DNA of 63,469 nt, counting the filler, from Octopus bimaculoides (lineage: Eukaryota): NCBI RefSeq assembly GCF_001194135.2. It is 7 parts of 6 records of this genome, joined end to end, with 100 filler letters (N's around TTAATTAATTAA, not from the genome) between each part and the next. Parts side by side here need not be neighbours in the genome. Positions count along the whole stretch, not along the records: positions 46,066 to 56,519 come from NC_068984.1; positions 56,620 to 58,898 come from NW_026417502.1; positions 58,999 to 63,469 come from NC_069009.1; 4 more parts are not named here. One strand, given 5' to 3'. This document shows, one piece after another, positions 52,321-63,469 of the stretch (the stretch's first letter is position 1; each line of letters begins with the position of its first letter). The notes beneath the pieces were generated by a model. The model was not told where the DNA came from. It saw only the letters and a list, made by a program, of their open reading frames with translations, and ran no database searches. A program made the position numbers and the translations under genes.

Positions 52321-53870
52321 CATGACTGATCATAATCGGCCATATTTATTTTATGAAAATATTATTTTTCTCAAATACGACTGTCTTAGATTTCTTTAAA
52401 AGATTCATTAAAAGATTACGAAAATCACGAAGTTGAGAATTAACCCCTAAATGAACGCTACATCAAAAGGCATACGTTGAAAAACCTAGCCATGGCCATT
52501 CTGTCATTGTTTTTAACACACAGTATCCAGTACATTCTTTATTTGTAAAAAGGCAGGGTGTGATAGGGGAAAGATTTGGCTGCTAATTTTAACAGGTTGA
52601 CTCACGAAGTTTTTTGGTCACTAAAAGACATTATAATCGGAAAAAGGTATATAGACTTCAGCTGGAATCGAAACCGAACATCAGATATTCCTCTTCGATA
52701 ATAGAAATACTCTCTCATTGTATCTCCGTCTGTTTGTCTGTGTCTCTCCCTCTGTTTCCCCCTCTTGCTGTCTCTGCCCGTCTGTTTGTCTCTCCTCTCC
52801 CTCACTCTTCTCTCTCTCGCCAAATATGGCCGATCATGGACTCCATGGCAAAGTTCCATTTTTTTCCTTTTCATGTATCTTAGAAAAGATACACCAGTCA
52901 TTCCACTTTTTTACCGGTTTAATTTAGTTTCCTCCGTTAGTCTCCTACTCCCCAGCGTTCAATGTTACCCTCCAATATGGAGACTGGTGCATGTGATATC
53001 AGGGCACATTCCCATCCCGGTGAGCGTGTGTGATGCATGTCTAGGGATCAATTCTTTTCCGAGTTTTGTATGTCTTAGACATAGGGCTATCGTCTGCTAT
53101 TTGGCGCATAACAATCCCTTGACAGGTGTGATCACCTAGTACCAGGGACCAGAGCATGAATGAAAGTAGTAGCGATTAAGGAGTAATTTCATATTCTCCC
53201 CAACTTCTGAACTCTCGACCCGAAACTTCGCCACTGGATGAAGTTTAATATCTTGTCCTCGACATTAAGAATAAGAAAATGCTTTGTTTTTGACTGGAGA
53301 TAAAACCTGTTATATTAATTGCCGGCAAGACCACAGTCATTCGTTTTGCGACCATAATATGCTACCACGTATATTAAAGGTTTGCATGTTAATATTGCGT
53401 CTTACCCTGTGTTAGCAGTGCGATGATTCTATTTTAAAGTTTATCTCTACTGATTTTGTACGGAATTCAGAGCCAGTACTGTGAGATACGATGTTTCGTA
53501 AACAAATACGTCTAAGTAAACAATGCAATCGAAGATAGAAAATGAAATATATCATGGGTGTATGTTGTGTTTTGAAGTGAAATAGTGAAGGCTTGTCTCA
53601 AATAAGTCTTTCTCGACCAAAGCAGCTCACAAAGTGATTTATATCAATTTCCCATGGAGAAGAGAAGTGTGGAGTGTTTCAGTTAGGATCCTACATACCC
53701 AAAGCATCATCGGTCGTTTCTTCCTCTCGACCAACTAATATATTCTAGAAAATTACTATCTTTTTAAAATCTCACGAGAGATATTCAATAGATCAGGGAC
53801 TAGTTGTCCTTTTGAAAACTATATATTTTGAGCGAGAATTTGGCAGCGCCACCTCTAGCTGAACAATTAT

Positions 53871-53915
53871 TCTGTGCTGATGAAGAGAAATAGCCCGGAA
53901 ATCACGATACACAGA
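53871..53915 (+). ncRNA. Type-I hammerhead-like motif of a third family, stem II degraded
   Basis: tctgtg-CTGATGA-agagaaatagcccg-GAAA-tcacga-ta-cacaga: perfect 6-bp stem I, ATC/GAT stem III, AUA triplet; stem II pairs poorly. Confidence 0.5.
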
Positions 53916-54269
53916 TATTGTTTTGAACTGAGTGGGGGTGCTATATTCCCTTGCTCGAAAATATAAGGACACAGATCGTGTCGTATAGCCAGCTGTTGAC
54001 GATGTCTCCTTGGGCTAAATTACAGCAACAGTTATGTTGGCAGACAATCTTTACTATAATATATTCTAATTTGTGAATTTCTTATATGGCTAGGATCAGA
54101 AACTAATGTCTCTGCAACACGTAAGATCTCAGTGACCCATTTCGTACTAAGAAAAGGAGGTTGATATCGTTGTTTGCTGTATGAAGGTTTTTAATTTTAT
54201 AACTTGTTCAAACTTCACCCTCTTTTCTTCGATATTCTTTTCAGATATATTTTAATTAAGAGATATTTT

Positions 54270-54700
54270 CTATTTCTCTTTTACTTGTCTCAGTCTTTAG
54301 ACTGCCGCCAGGCTGAAGCACAGCCTTGAAGAGTCTTTAGTCGAATGAATCGATCCTCGTAATTATATTTTGTTAGATCTTGGTACTTATTCTATCGGTT
54401 TCTTCCGCTAAACCGCTAAGTTACGGGGGCGCAAGCACACCACCACCGGTTGTCAAGCGGAGGACAAACACACACACGCACCCACACACATATACACATG
54501 CGCGCACAGATTTATACACACGCAGCCACACACACATATACACACGCACCCACACACGTATACACACGACAATCTTTCGGTTTCCGTCTACCAAATCAAC
54601 TCAGAAGATTTTAATCGAACCGAGGCTATAGTTGCAGACATTTGTCCAAGGTGCCACGCAGTGGCACTGAACCCAGAACCATGTGGTTGGAAAGCAAGCT
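54270..54700 (-). mobile_element. SINE family B, full length
   Basis: Collinear with 31850-32218. Confidence 0.8.
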
Positions 54701-54839
54701 TCGTGTCGCAGAACCACACCTGATTGTATAAAGTTGTTGACATTTTGTAAACAGTTAAACTGAAACAATATTCTGTATACTGCTAATTAAATCTACATAA
54801 CCTCTACACGCATCGCGTCCCTTATATTTTTACAATGAA

Positions 54840-54960
54840 GACGCGTGGTTAGAATGTTAGGCTCAAAATCGCAATGTCGTGAATTCTATTCCTGGAACGG
54901 TTAGCATGTGCCATTGACCAAAGTACTTTCACATTGCACTGGTCTGCTCAGCTGAATGCT
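54840..54960 (+). mobile_element. Degenerate tRNA-derived SINE head
   Basis: gcgtggttagaatgttaggct..gaattctattcctgg, A/B-box-like. Confidence 0.4.
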
Positions 54961-55144
54961 GGTGCAGCACTCTCTCCCTCCGGCTATTACTTATACCATA
55001 TTCCACTGTGTGAAGAGTACCTGGATAGAAATGGGGTACGACGTCCTTTGGCAAATGTGTACACACATAAAACAACCAGAGAAATTGTTGTAGAAGCTAC
55101 TATGCCATGCTTACTTGCGACTGACGGATAGCCCTATATTATAG

Positions 55145-55289
55145 ACATCATTTGGTCTTGTTTGTTGTTAACACGTTTCGGCTGATATACCCTCCAGCCT
55201 TCAGCAGGTGTCTTGGGTAAATTTCGAACCTTGGTTCTCATTCCTAAGGTATTCTTCTTCTTCTTCTTCTTCTTCTTCTTCTTCTTCTT

Positions 55290-55383
<94 letters not shown>
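55145..55383 (-). mobile_element. Inverted, head-less copy of the hammerhead-bearing SINE tail
   Basis: Reverse complement of the 55545-55630 segment plus its own (taa)n(aag)n spacer; hammerhead at 55170-55212 has a CTGCTGA core and lacks 3 nt after GAAAC. Confidence 0.8.
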
Positions 55384-55384
<1 letters not shown>

Positions 55385-55393
55385 GATGCCCAC

Positions 55394-55476
55394 GGGCATA
55401 TGGCGTAGTGCTTAAGAGTGCGGGCTACTAACCCCAACATTCTGAGTTCGATTCCAGGCATCCAGGCAGTGACCTG

Positions 55477-55537
<61 letters not shown>

Positions 55538-55670
55538 TCGAAAAATACCTTAGGAATTCCCCCCAAGACACCTGATGAAGGCTGGAGGGTATATCAGCCG
55601 AAACGTTGTGTTAACAACAAACACGATGAGGACAAATATCCGTCAAAAGTAAATAATGTAAATAATGTAT
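55394..55670 (+). mobile_element. tRNA-headed SINE with internal (aat)n and a hammerhead-containing 3' region
   Basis: A-box tggcgtagtgcttaag (55401), B-box gagttcgattcc (55444), (aat)n, then aatacctt..hammerhead..gaggacaaatatccgtcaa and an atgtaaat-type tail. Confidence 0.75.
55567..55612 (+). ncRNA. Minimal type-I hammerhead ribozyme motif (dimer type), intact core
   Basis: gacac-CTGATGA-a-ggctg/gagggtatat/cagcc-GAAA-cg-tt-gtgtt; loop-less palindromic ACGU stem III; predicted cleavage after GUU (55607). Confidence 0.7.
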
Positions 55671-56647
55671 ATAGACATACTTTGGATCTAGGTTAGAAAC
55701 CGGCTCTTTCTCTATTAGCAAGAAATATTAAAATAAAACTGAATACGCTCATACATACATAAATACATACATACATACATAAATACATACATATATACAT
55801 ACATGAACAAATGGTGGATGCATGTGTGCGTGCGCGCGTGTGTTTGAGTGTATGTGTATGTATGAGTGTGACAAGAAAATGAGCAAAGAGAAATAACTTA
55901 CAGTGATGCGAGGCATGTATTTGGAACGATAAATAAAATGAAACAAAAAGAAATACAAGTATATTAAGTACCTAAGAAAATAGGTTCGTAATTCATGGCA
56001 TTATCACGAAGAAGGTAGCACAATCGCTTGGTGGCATTTGGGACCAAATCCAAGGGAAATATAGGTGATAATCCGAAGTAAAGATGTTCTCAAAGCTTGA
56101 CATGCTTGACAAGTGGACAGCTATGAAGGAATGTTTCTGCATCAATTAGCGTCATCAACAAAGCAGCTTTTCAATCCATCAGAAGGAAACGTTTTCACAT
56201 AAATTGAAAGGTGTAGAAACGTCCGAAACGTCATACTCTCTATCTTTCCTTTCCGGAGCGTCTAATAACACTATCCGTATCACGTCCTCACTTTGTTGTT
56301 TTTTTGTTATTGTTTTTTGTCTTTTTTTGAACTTATATATATATATTTACATATCTGTCAGTCTGTCTACCTATTTCATCTATAAACACACACACATATA
56401 TATGTGTGTATATATACATATACACACATATATTTATATATGAGTTCATCCCACAACCGTCTCCCAGCAGCATTCCTTTACCCCTCCTTTTCCACCTCCC
56501 CACCCTATATATATATATANNNNNNNNNNNNNNNNNNNNNNNNNNNNNNNNNNNNNNNNNNNNTTAATTAATTAANNNNNNNNNNNNNNNNNNNNNNNNN
56601 NNNNNNNNNNNNNNNNNNNGATGATGATGATGATGATGATGATGATA

Positions 56648-57000
56648 TACACAGTAGAACTCCTCTAACTGAGACTTCCTTTAAACTTGGACTTTATCTA
56701 AACTTGGACTTCCTCTAAACATGGACTTTCTCATAATTCAAATTTCATTTGTATATTCGATGCAAAATTAAATTCCTTATTGTTGTCTTTAAGATACCAA
56801 ATCAATTTACTAAGTCCTGTGCTATTGCGTTTGCTACTATCCCTAAATGAAGAATAATGATTGGAAATTCTTTTAGATAATTAGGAAGAAGAAGTTCCAG
56901 TATAGAAATAAACATTGGTACCAGGAGTAATTTTACATTGATATATAGAATTCTTAATCTTAGAATTATTAGACATAAATTTAATTCTGTTGGGGTTGAC
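56648..57000 (-). mobile_element. Decayed pogo/Tigger-like transposon end
   Basis: cagtagaactcctctaa terminus with subterminal ctaaacttggactt repeats; minus translation NVKLLLVPMFISILE..IVANAIAQDLVN*FGILKTTIRNL loosely resembles the DDE_1 C-terminal region. Confidence 0.4.
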
Positions 57001-57896
57001 TTCAGAGACCAAAACTTTGTTGTTGTTATTATCATTAGGGGAAAGGTTGATATTAATTAAATTAATGTTGGAACTCTCAGTAAATGAACTTTTATTTAAC
57101 AGGTTGGTATTATGAGAAGATATAATTTGCGAAAGATTTTTTTCTGTTGGAAAAAGCTACTCTAAGTATATGAGAATTTATAATCGAATAATATCTCGAA
57201 TATTACATATGTATGTAATATGTATATGTATATAAATTACATACATATACATAACTATACATAAATACATATATATATATATATATACCTACACTTAAAT
57301 GTACATACGTAAATGNNNNNNNNNNNNNNNNNNNNNNNNNNNNNNNNNNNNNNNNNNNNNNNNNNNNNNNNNNNNNNNNNNNNNNNNNNNNNNNNNNNNN
57401 NNNNNNNNNNNNNNNNNNNNNNNNNNNNNNNNNNNNNNNNNNNNNNNNNNNNNNNNNNNNNNNNNNNNNNNNNNNNNNNNNNNNNNNNNNNNNNNNNNNN
57501 NNNNNNNNNNNNNNNNNNNNNNNNNNNNNNNNNNNNNNNNNNNNNNNNNNNNNNNNNNNNNNNNNNNNNNNNNNNNNNNNNNNNNNNNNNNNNNNNNNNN
57601 NNNNNNNNNNNNNNNNNNNNNNNNNNNNNNNNNNNNNNNNNNNNNNNNNNNNNNNNNNNNNNNNNNNNNNNNNNNNNNNNNNNNNNNNNNNNNNNNNNNN
57701 NNNNNNNNNNNNNNNNNNNNNNNNNNNNNNNNNNNNNNNNNNNNNNNNNNNNNNNNNNNNNNNNNNNNNNNNNNNNNNNNNNNNNNNNNNNNNNNNNNNN
57801 NNNNNNNNNNNNNNNNNNNNNNNNNNNNNNNNNNNNNNNNNNNNNNNNNNNNNNNNNNNNNNNNNNNNNNNNNNNNNNNNNNNNNNNNNNNNNNNN

Positions 57897-58898
57897 AAAT
57901 TGTTGGTGCTCGTATGGCAGGTGCTAGCATAATGAAAATAACCAAAATGTCTGGTGTATCAAGAGGAACTGTCTTGAAAGTAATCACAGCCTTTAAGAAA
58001 AAAAGGGAAAACCTCCTCGTCAAAACAAGACTCTGGAAGAAAACCCAAACTTTCATATAGAGACTGTTGGACACAGAAAGGATCACAAAAGTATAGCTCC
58101 CAAAATTACTGCAGAGCTTAATGACAACCTCGAGAACCCAGTTTCCACAAAAACTGTTGGCCGGGAGCTGCACAAAGCTGGATTTCATGGGCGGGCTGCA
58201 ATCAGAAAACCACTGCTTACCAAAATAAACGTTGCGAAACATTTATAGACAGAATTGGTCCCTAGAGCAATGGAAGAATGTTATTTTCTCAGACGAGTCA
58301 TCCTTTACCTTATTTCCCACCACCGGCTGAGTATACGTGTGGAGACAGCCAAAAGAAGCATTTGACCCAGACTGCCTTCTTACAACAGTTAAACATGGAG
58401 AAGGATCTGTGATGATCTGGAGTGCTATATCTTGGAAATCCGGCAACCCAAAGGTTTCCCTTTGTGGCAGAATTAATAGTCAAGACTATTTAAGCATCCT
58501 ATGGTTGCGGAACTGTTTCTGGAGCGAAATGCAATCTTTCAGGATGATAATGCACGAATTCACACAGCTGAAGTTGTTACTGAATGGCACGAGGAACATT
58601 CTAGTTGCACATCTTATCTGGCCTCCACAGTCCCCAGATCTCAATATTATTGAACATTTATGGTGCATTTTAGAAAAACAAGTAAGGAGTCAATATCCTC
58701 CACCATCATCACTACAAGAACCGGAGACTGTTTTAGCTGAAGAATGGACAAAAATTCCTTTGGAAACAATTCAAACTTTGTACGAGTCCATACCTCGTAG
58801 AATTTAAGCTGTAATTACTGCTAAAGGTGGTCCTACCCCATATTAAAACAAATTTGTCTGAAATTTTAAGGTGATTCCATTATTTTGTCCAACCCCGG
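57897..58898 (+). mobile_element. Tc1-family (DD34E) transposon, frameshifted; 5' end in a gap
   Basis: IVGARMAGAS..VSRGTV; KPLL; VIFSDESSF; TVKHGEGSVMIW; FQDDNA; WPPQSPDLNIIEHLW; KGGPTPY*; TIR-like ttttgtccaacccc at the right end. Confidence 0.92.
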
Positions 58899-58998
58899 NN
58901 NNNNNNNNNNNNNNNNNNNNNNNNNNNNNNNNNNNNNNNNNNTTAATTAATTAANNNNNNNNNNNNNNNNNNNNNNNNNNNNNNNNNNNNNNNNNNNN

Positions 58999-59055
<57 letters not shown>

Positions 59056-59124
59056 ATAGATATATGTATATAGATATATGTATATATTTATATATAGATA
59101 TACATAGATGTATATTTAGATACA

Positions 59125-59497
59125 AGTATGGCTGTGTGGTAAGAGGATTGCTTCCCAACCATATGGTTGTGGTTTCAGTTCCACTGTGTCACACCTTGGG
59201 GAATTGCCTTCTGATAGAGTATCAGACCAGCAAAAGCCTTGCAAGTGGATTTGGTAGATGGAAACTGAAAGAAGCCTGCTGTATATATGTATATGTTTGT
59301 GTGTTTGTTTGCCTCGCTCCACTGCTTGACAACTGGTGTTGGTTTGTTGACATCCCCATAACTTAGTGGTTCAGCAGAAAGAGACTGGTGGAATAAATAC
59401 CAGTGTTAGAAAAGAAGTACTGGGATCGATTCATTTTAGTAAATGCTCTTCAAGGTACTGCCCCAGCATGGCCATGGTCTAATGACTGAAACAGATA
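59125..59497 (+). mobile_element. SINE family B, full length
   Basis: atggctgtgtggtaagaggattgcttcccaaccatatggttgtggtttcagttcc head through ..ccatggtctaatgactgaaac tail. Confidence 0.85.
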
Positions 59498-59522
59498 AAC
59501 GACATACATATATATATATGTG

Positions 59523-59558
<36 letters not shown>

Positions 59559-60195
59559 NNNNNNNNNNNNNNNNNNNNNNNNNNNNNNNNNNNNNNNNNN
59601 NNNNNNNNNNNNNNNNNNNNNNNNNNNNNNNNNNNNNNNNNNNNNNNNNNNNNNNNNNNNNNNNNNNNNNNNNNNNNNNNNNNNNNNNNNNNNNNNNNNN
59701 NNNNNNNNNNNNNNNNNNNNNNNNNNNNNNNNNNNNNNNNNNNNNNNNNNNNNNNNNNNNNNNNNNNNNNNNNNNNNNNNNNNNNNNNNNNNNNNNNNNN
59801 NNNNNNNNNNNNNNNNNNNNNNNNNNNNNNNNNNNNNNNNNNNNNNNNNNNNNNNNNNNNNNNNNNNNNNNNNNNNNNNNNNNNNNNNNNNNNNNNNNNN
59901 NNNNNNNNNNNNNNNNNNNNNNNNNNNNNNNNNNNNNNNNNNNNNNNNNNNNNNNNNNNNNNNNNNNNNNNNNNNNNNNNNNNNNNNNNNNNNNNNNNNN
60001 NNNNNNNNNNNNNNNNNNNNNNNNNNNNNNNNNNNNNNNNNNNNNNNNNNNNNNNNNNNNNNNNNNNNNNNNNNNNNNNNNNNNNNNNNNNNNNNNNNNN
60101 NNNNNNNNNNNNNNNNNNNNNNNNNNNNNNNNNNNNNNNNNNNNNNNNNNNNNNNNNNNNTATATATACATACATACGTACATAGATAGATAGAT

Positions 60196-60317
60196 ATTAC
60201 ATGCGTATAAGAAGGGATGACCACTAAGTGGACATCCATTATGCTAGAAATAGATCACCTACAATCTAGCATATCGGATGTCCACTTAGTGGTCATCCCT
60301 TCTTATACGCATGTAAT
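60196..60317. repeat. Perfect 42-bp inverted repeat with 38-nt spacer
   Basis: 60196-60237 is the exact reverse complement of 60276-60317; the spacer adds atgctaga/tctagcat. Confidence 0.95.
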
Positions 60318-60644
60318 ACAATTTTTATGAATTTTCAGATTTTTATATATGCTAGGCCACTGGTTTTAAATTGATGTTAATTAAATTAATATTCAATTTT
60401 TTCACCCTTATTATTTAAATTTTTGATAGATAGATAGATAGATAGATAGATATAGATATATAGATATAAGTAATTATTTGGACCTTGGGTACATGTCTAT
60501 TAGTATTCCGATTAAAGCAGTTTCACTGTTCAGGGTACCTGATGTCATCCTCAGTGATGATATAATTGTCACTGGATCTACATGAAGAATTTTACAGTGT
60601 TTGAGTTTGTAATGATTGAGGGAAGTGGAAAATGGATTTAGCAA

Positions 60645-61148
60645 GTGGCACCAGCATGCTGAAAATAGCTGTCAGAAGATGACTACAACCAAAAATTTTC
60701 GTTGATACACATCAATTGAAATCGGGGGAATGAACAGAAATTCTAAGCCCTCATACCAATAATGAAAAGAATTGTAAATTGAAAAGCTAGATATACCTGT
60801 ATTGTCATGATTTCAAACTTTGCGAAAATGCCACTTCGCTTATCCTCAGTGAGTCTTACTGACCCAAAGGTCGGCATTAAAAACGGTCATCGCGCACATT
60901 GTTGAGATACGCAGTTTCTATGACCCATGGGTCAGTAAGACTTGCCGAGGATAACTAAATGGTATTTTTACAAAGTTTGAAATCGTGACAATATGACTGT
61001 ATCTGGCTTTTCAATTTGCTATTCTTTTCGTTATTGGTATGGGGGCTTAGAATTTCTACTCATTCCCCCAATTTCAATTAATTTGTATCAGTGGAAATTT
61101 GTAGTTCTAGTCATCTTCTGGCTGTTATTTTTAGCGTACTGGTGCCAC
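60645..61148. mobile_element. Large fold-back MITE with about 220-bp arms
   Basis: 60645-60866 versus 60928-61148 (e.g. gaaattctaagccctcataccaataa / ttattggtatgggggcttagaatttc; gagtcttactgaccca / tgggtcagtaagactt). Confidence 0.8.
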
Positions 61149-61258
61149 ATGTAATACCCTTAATTATTAATTAATAATTTTTTATCTTATGGTATTACCT
61201 TGATCTTTATTTATGCATGCTATACCGCTTGATATTATTGTTAACAATATATCCTCAT

Positions 61259-61306
<48 letters not shown>

Positions 61307-62140
61307 NNNNNNNNNNNNNNNNNNNNNNNNNNNNNNNNNNNNNNNNNNNNNNNNNNNNNNNNNNNNNNNNNNNNNNNNNNNNNNNNNNNNNNNNNNNNNN
61401 NNNNNNNNNNNNNNNNNNNNNNNNNNNNNNNNNNNNNNNNNNNNNNNNNNNNNNNNNNNNNNNNNNNNNNNNNNNNNNNNNNNNNNNNNNNNNNNNNNNN
61501 NNNNNNNNNNNNNNNNNNNNNNNNNNNNNNNNNNNNNNNNNNNNNNNNNNNNNNNNNNNNNNNNNNNNNNNNNNNNNNNNNNNNNNNNNNNNNNNNNNNN
61601 NNNNNNNNNNNNNNNNNNNNNNNNNNNNNNNNNNNNNNNNNNNNNNNNNNNNNNNNNNNNNNNNNNNNNNNNNNNNNNNNNNNNNNNNNNNNNNNNNNNN
61701 NNNNNNNNNNNNNNNNNNNNNNNNNNNNNNNNNNNNNNNNNNNNNNNNNNNNNNNNNNNNNNNNNNNNNNNNNNNNNNNNNNNNNNNNNNNNNNNNNNNN
61801 NNNNNNNNNNNNNNNNNNNNNNNNNNNNNNNNNNNNNNNNNNNNNNNNNNNNNNNNNNNNNNNNNNNNNNNNNNNNNNNNNNNNNNNNNNNNNNNNNNNN
61901 NNNNNNNNNNNNNNNNNNNNNNNNNNNNNNNNNNNNNNNNNNNNNNNNNNNNNNNNNNNNNNNNNNNNNNNNNNNNNNNNNNNNNNNNNNNNNNNNNNNN
62001 NNNNNNNNNNNNNNNNNNNNNNNNNNNNNNNNNNNNNNNNNNNNNNNNNNNNNNNNNNNNNNNNNNNNNNNNNNNNNNNNNNNNNNNNNNNNATATATAT
62101 ATATATATATATATATCATCCATCATCATCATCATCATCA

Positions 62141-62726
62141 TTTAACGTCCGCTTTCCATGCTAGCATGGGTTGGATGATTTGACTGAGGACTGGCAAACC
62201 AGATGGCTGCACCAGGCTCCAATCTGATCTGGCAGAGTTTCTACAGCTGGATGCCCTTCCTAACACCAACCACTCTGAGAGTGTAGTGGGTGCTTTTTAC
62301 ATACCACCGGCATGAGGGCCAGTCTGGCGGTACTGGCAATGCTTACGTTCAAATGGTGTTTTTCATGTGCCACCTGCACAGGAGTCAGTCCAATGTTTTG
62401 TTCACATGCCACTGACACAAGGCGAAGCTGGAAACGATCGTACCCAAATCGTGCTTTTTACATGCCACCGGCATGGAAGCGAGACCGCTGCTCTGGCAGT
62501 GATCCCACTCGGATGGTGCTTATATATATATATATTTATATATATATATATATATATATGCACATATATATGCACATACTACATTCTCTGAGTGGTTGGC
62601 GTTAGGAAGGGCATCCAGCTGTAGAAACTCTGCCAAATTTAGATTGGAGCCTGGTGTTGCCATCCGGTTTCACCAGTCCTCAGTCAAACCGTCCAACCCA
62701 TGCTAGCATGGAAAGCGGACGTTAAA
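62141..62726. mobile_element. Fold-back retro-like element: about 140-bp inverted arms, internal degenerate minisatellite, outward (gat)n tails
   Basis: tttaacgtccgctttccatgctagcatgggttgg..cccttcctaac (62141-62280) mirrored at 62586-62726; inner repeats gtgctttttacat(a/g)ccaccggcatg. Confidence 0.85.
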
Positions 62727-63129
62727 CGACGACGATGATGATGATGATATGCATGTGTACATATATATAATTTTTGAATTCGTTTTACAAGATTCATTAT
62801 GTGAAATTGTATGTTAAATTGTTGAAACAGATGTTTTATGTTGACATGGCTGCTTTGCCAAACAGAAACACAAGCACAGATTCTGTTTAAATTGTTTTAT
62901 CATTAGTCAACTATTTTACTAATTAACCAATTAATTAATTGATTGGCTGATTAATCAATCAATCAGTCTCTCATCTGGTTCATCATATTCCTTTCACTGT
63001 CATTGATGACCTTGTCAATGTAACGCTCTCATTAATCCAGGTTTGTTATGCTGTGACCAGTTTTCGATACATATGAGTTTATACGTATTATACAGGTTTA
63101 TCCATGTATGTGTGTGCATATATGTATGC

Positions 63130-63417
63130 TGAAGAAATTATAGTCAAACGAATTGACCCCAGTACTTATTGTTTACACCTAGTACTTATTCAAAGTCCCT
63201 TTAGATGAACCCCTAAGTTACGGGGACATAAACACGCAAACTCTGGTTGTCAAGCAATGATATGAGAGAAACACAGACACGTGGGCTTCATCCAGTTTCC
63301 GTCTACCAAATTCACTCACAAGGTTTTGGTCAGCCTGAGGGTATAGAAGACATATGCCCAAGGTGCCACTCAGTGGAACTGAACCCAGGACCATGTGGTT
63401 GGGAAGCAACCTACTTA

Positions 63418-63420
<3 letters not shown>
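63130..63420 (-). mobile_element. SINE family B
   Basis: Collinear with 31850-32218. Confidence 0.8.

Positions 63421-63469
<49 letters not shown>

Noticed and set aside
53207-53232. ctgaactctcgacccgaaacttcg, reminiscent of a PLE hammerhead
   Set aside because: Core and 5' strand of stem II are missing; could be chance.
55394-55460. tRNA gene (also SINE heads at 15475, 24221, 59125)
   Set aside because: A/B boxes are present but there is no complete cloverleaf, and each continues into a repeat body.
56780-57035. Hydrophobic AT-rich ORF as a NUMT or membrane-protein exon
   Set aside because: No mitochondrial protein recognised under the invertebrate code; better explained as a pogo-like remnant.

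Overview
AT-rich, microsatellite-saturated animal genomic DNA from a gapped draft scaffold, with roughly 10 kb of N and recurring TTAATTAATTAA linkers inside gaps. The repeat complement resembles a coleoid cephalopod (octopus-like) genome; this is inference from recalled repeats, not a database result. Almost all supplied ORFs are translations of microsatellites or N-runs. Recognisable content: decayed Tc1/mariner and pogo transposons, several fold-back MITEs, Dong/R4-type LINE fragments, a Penelope-like (PLE) RT/GIY-YIG fragment, a triple-C2H2 LINE-like 3' end present twice, and more than 25 tRNA-derived SINE copies of at least three families. A probable minus-strand protein-coding gene end lies at 40.8-42.4 kb, and a possible first exon at about 8.8 kb. 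The most notable signal is a set of minimal type-I hammerhead-ribozyme motifs of the PLE/dimer type from at least three sequence families. One sits in the 3' part of a tRNA-headed SINE that is preceded by an inverted copy of its own ribozyme-bearing tail. No CRISPR array, rRNA or bona fide tRNA gene was seen. Repeat boundaries were read by eye and are approximate.
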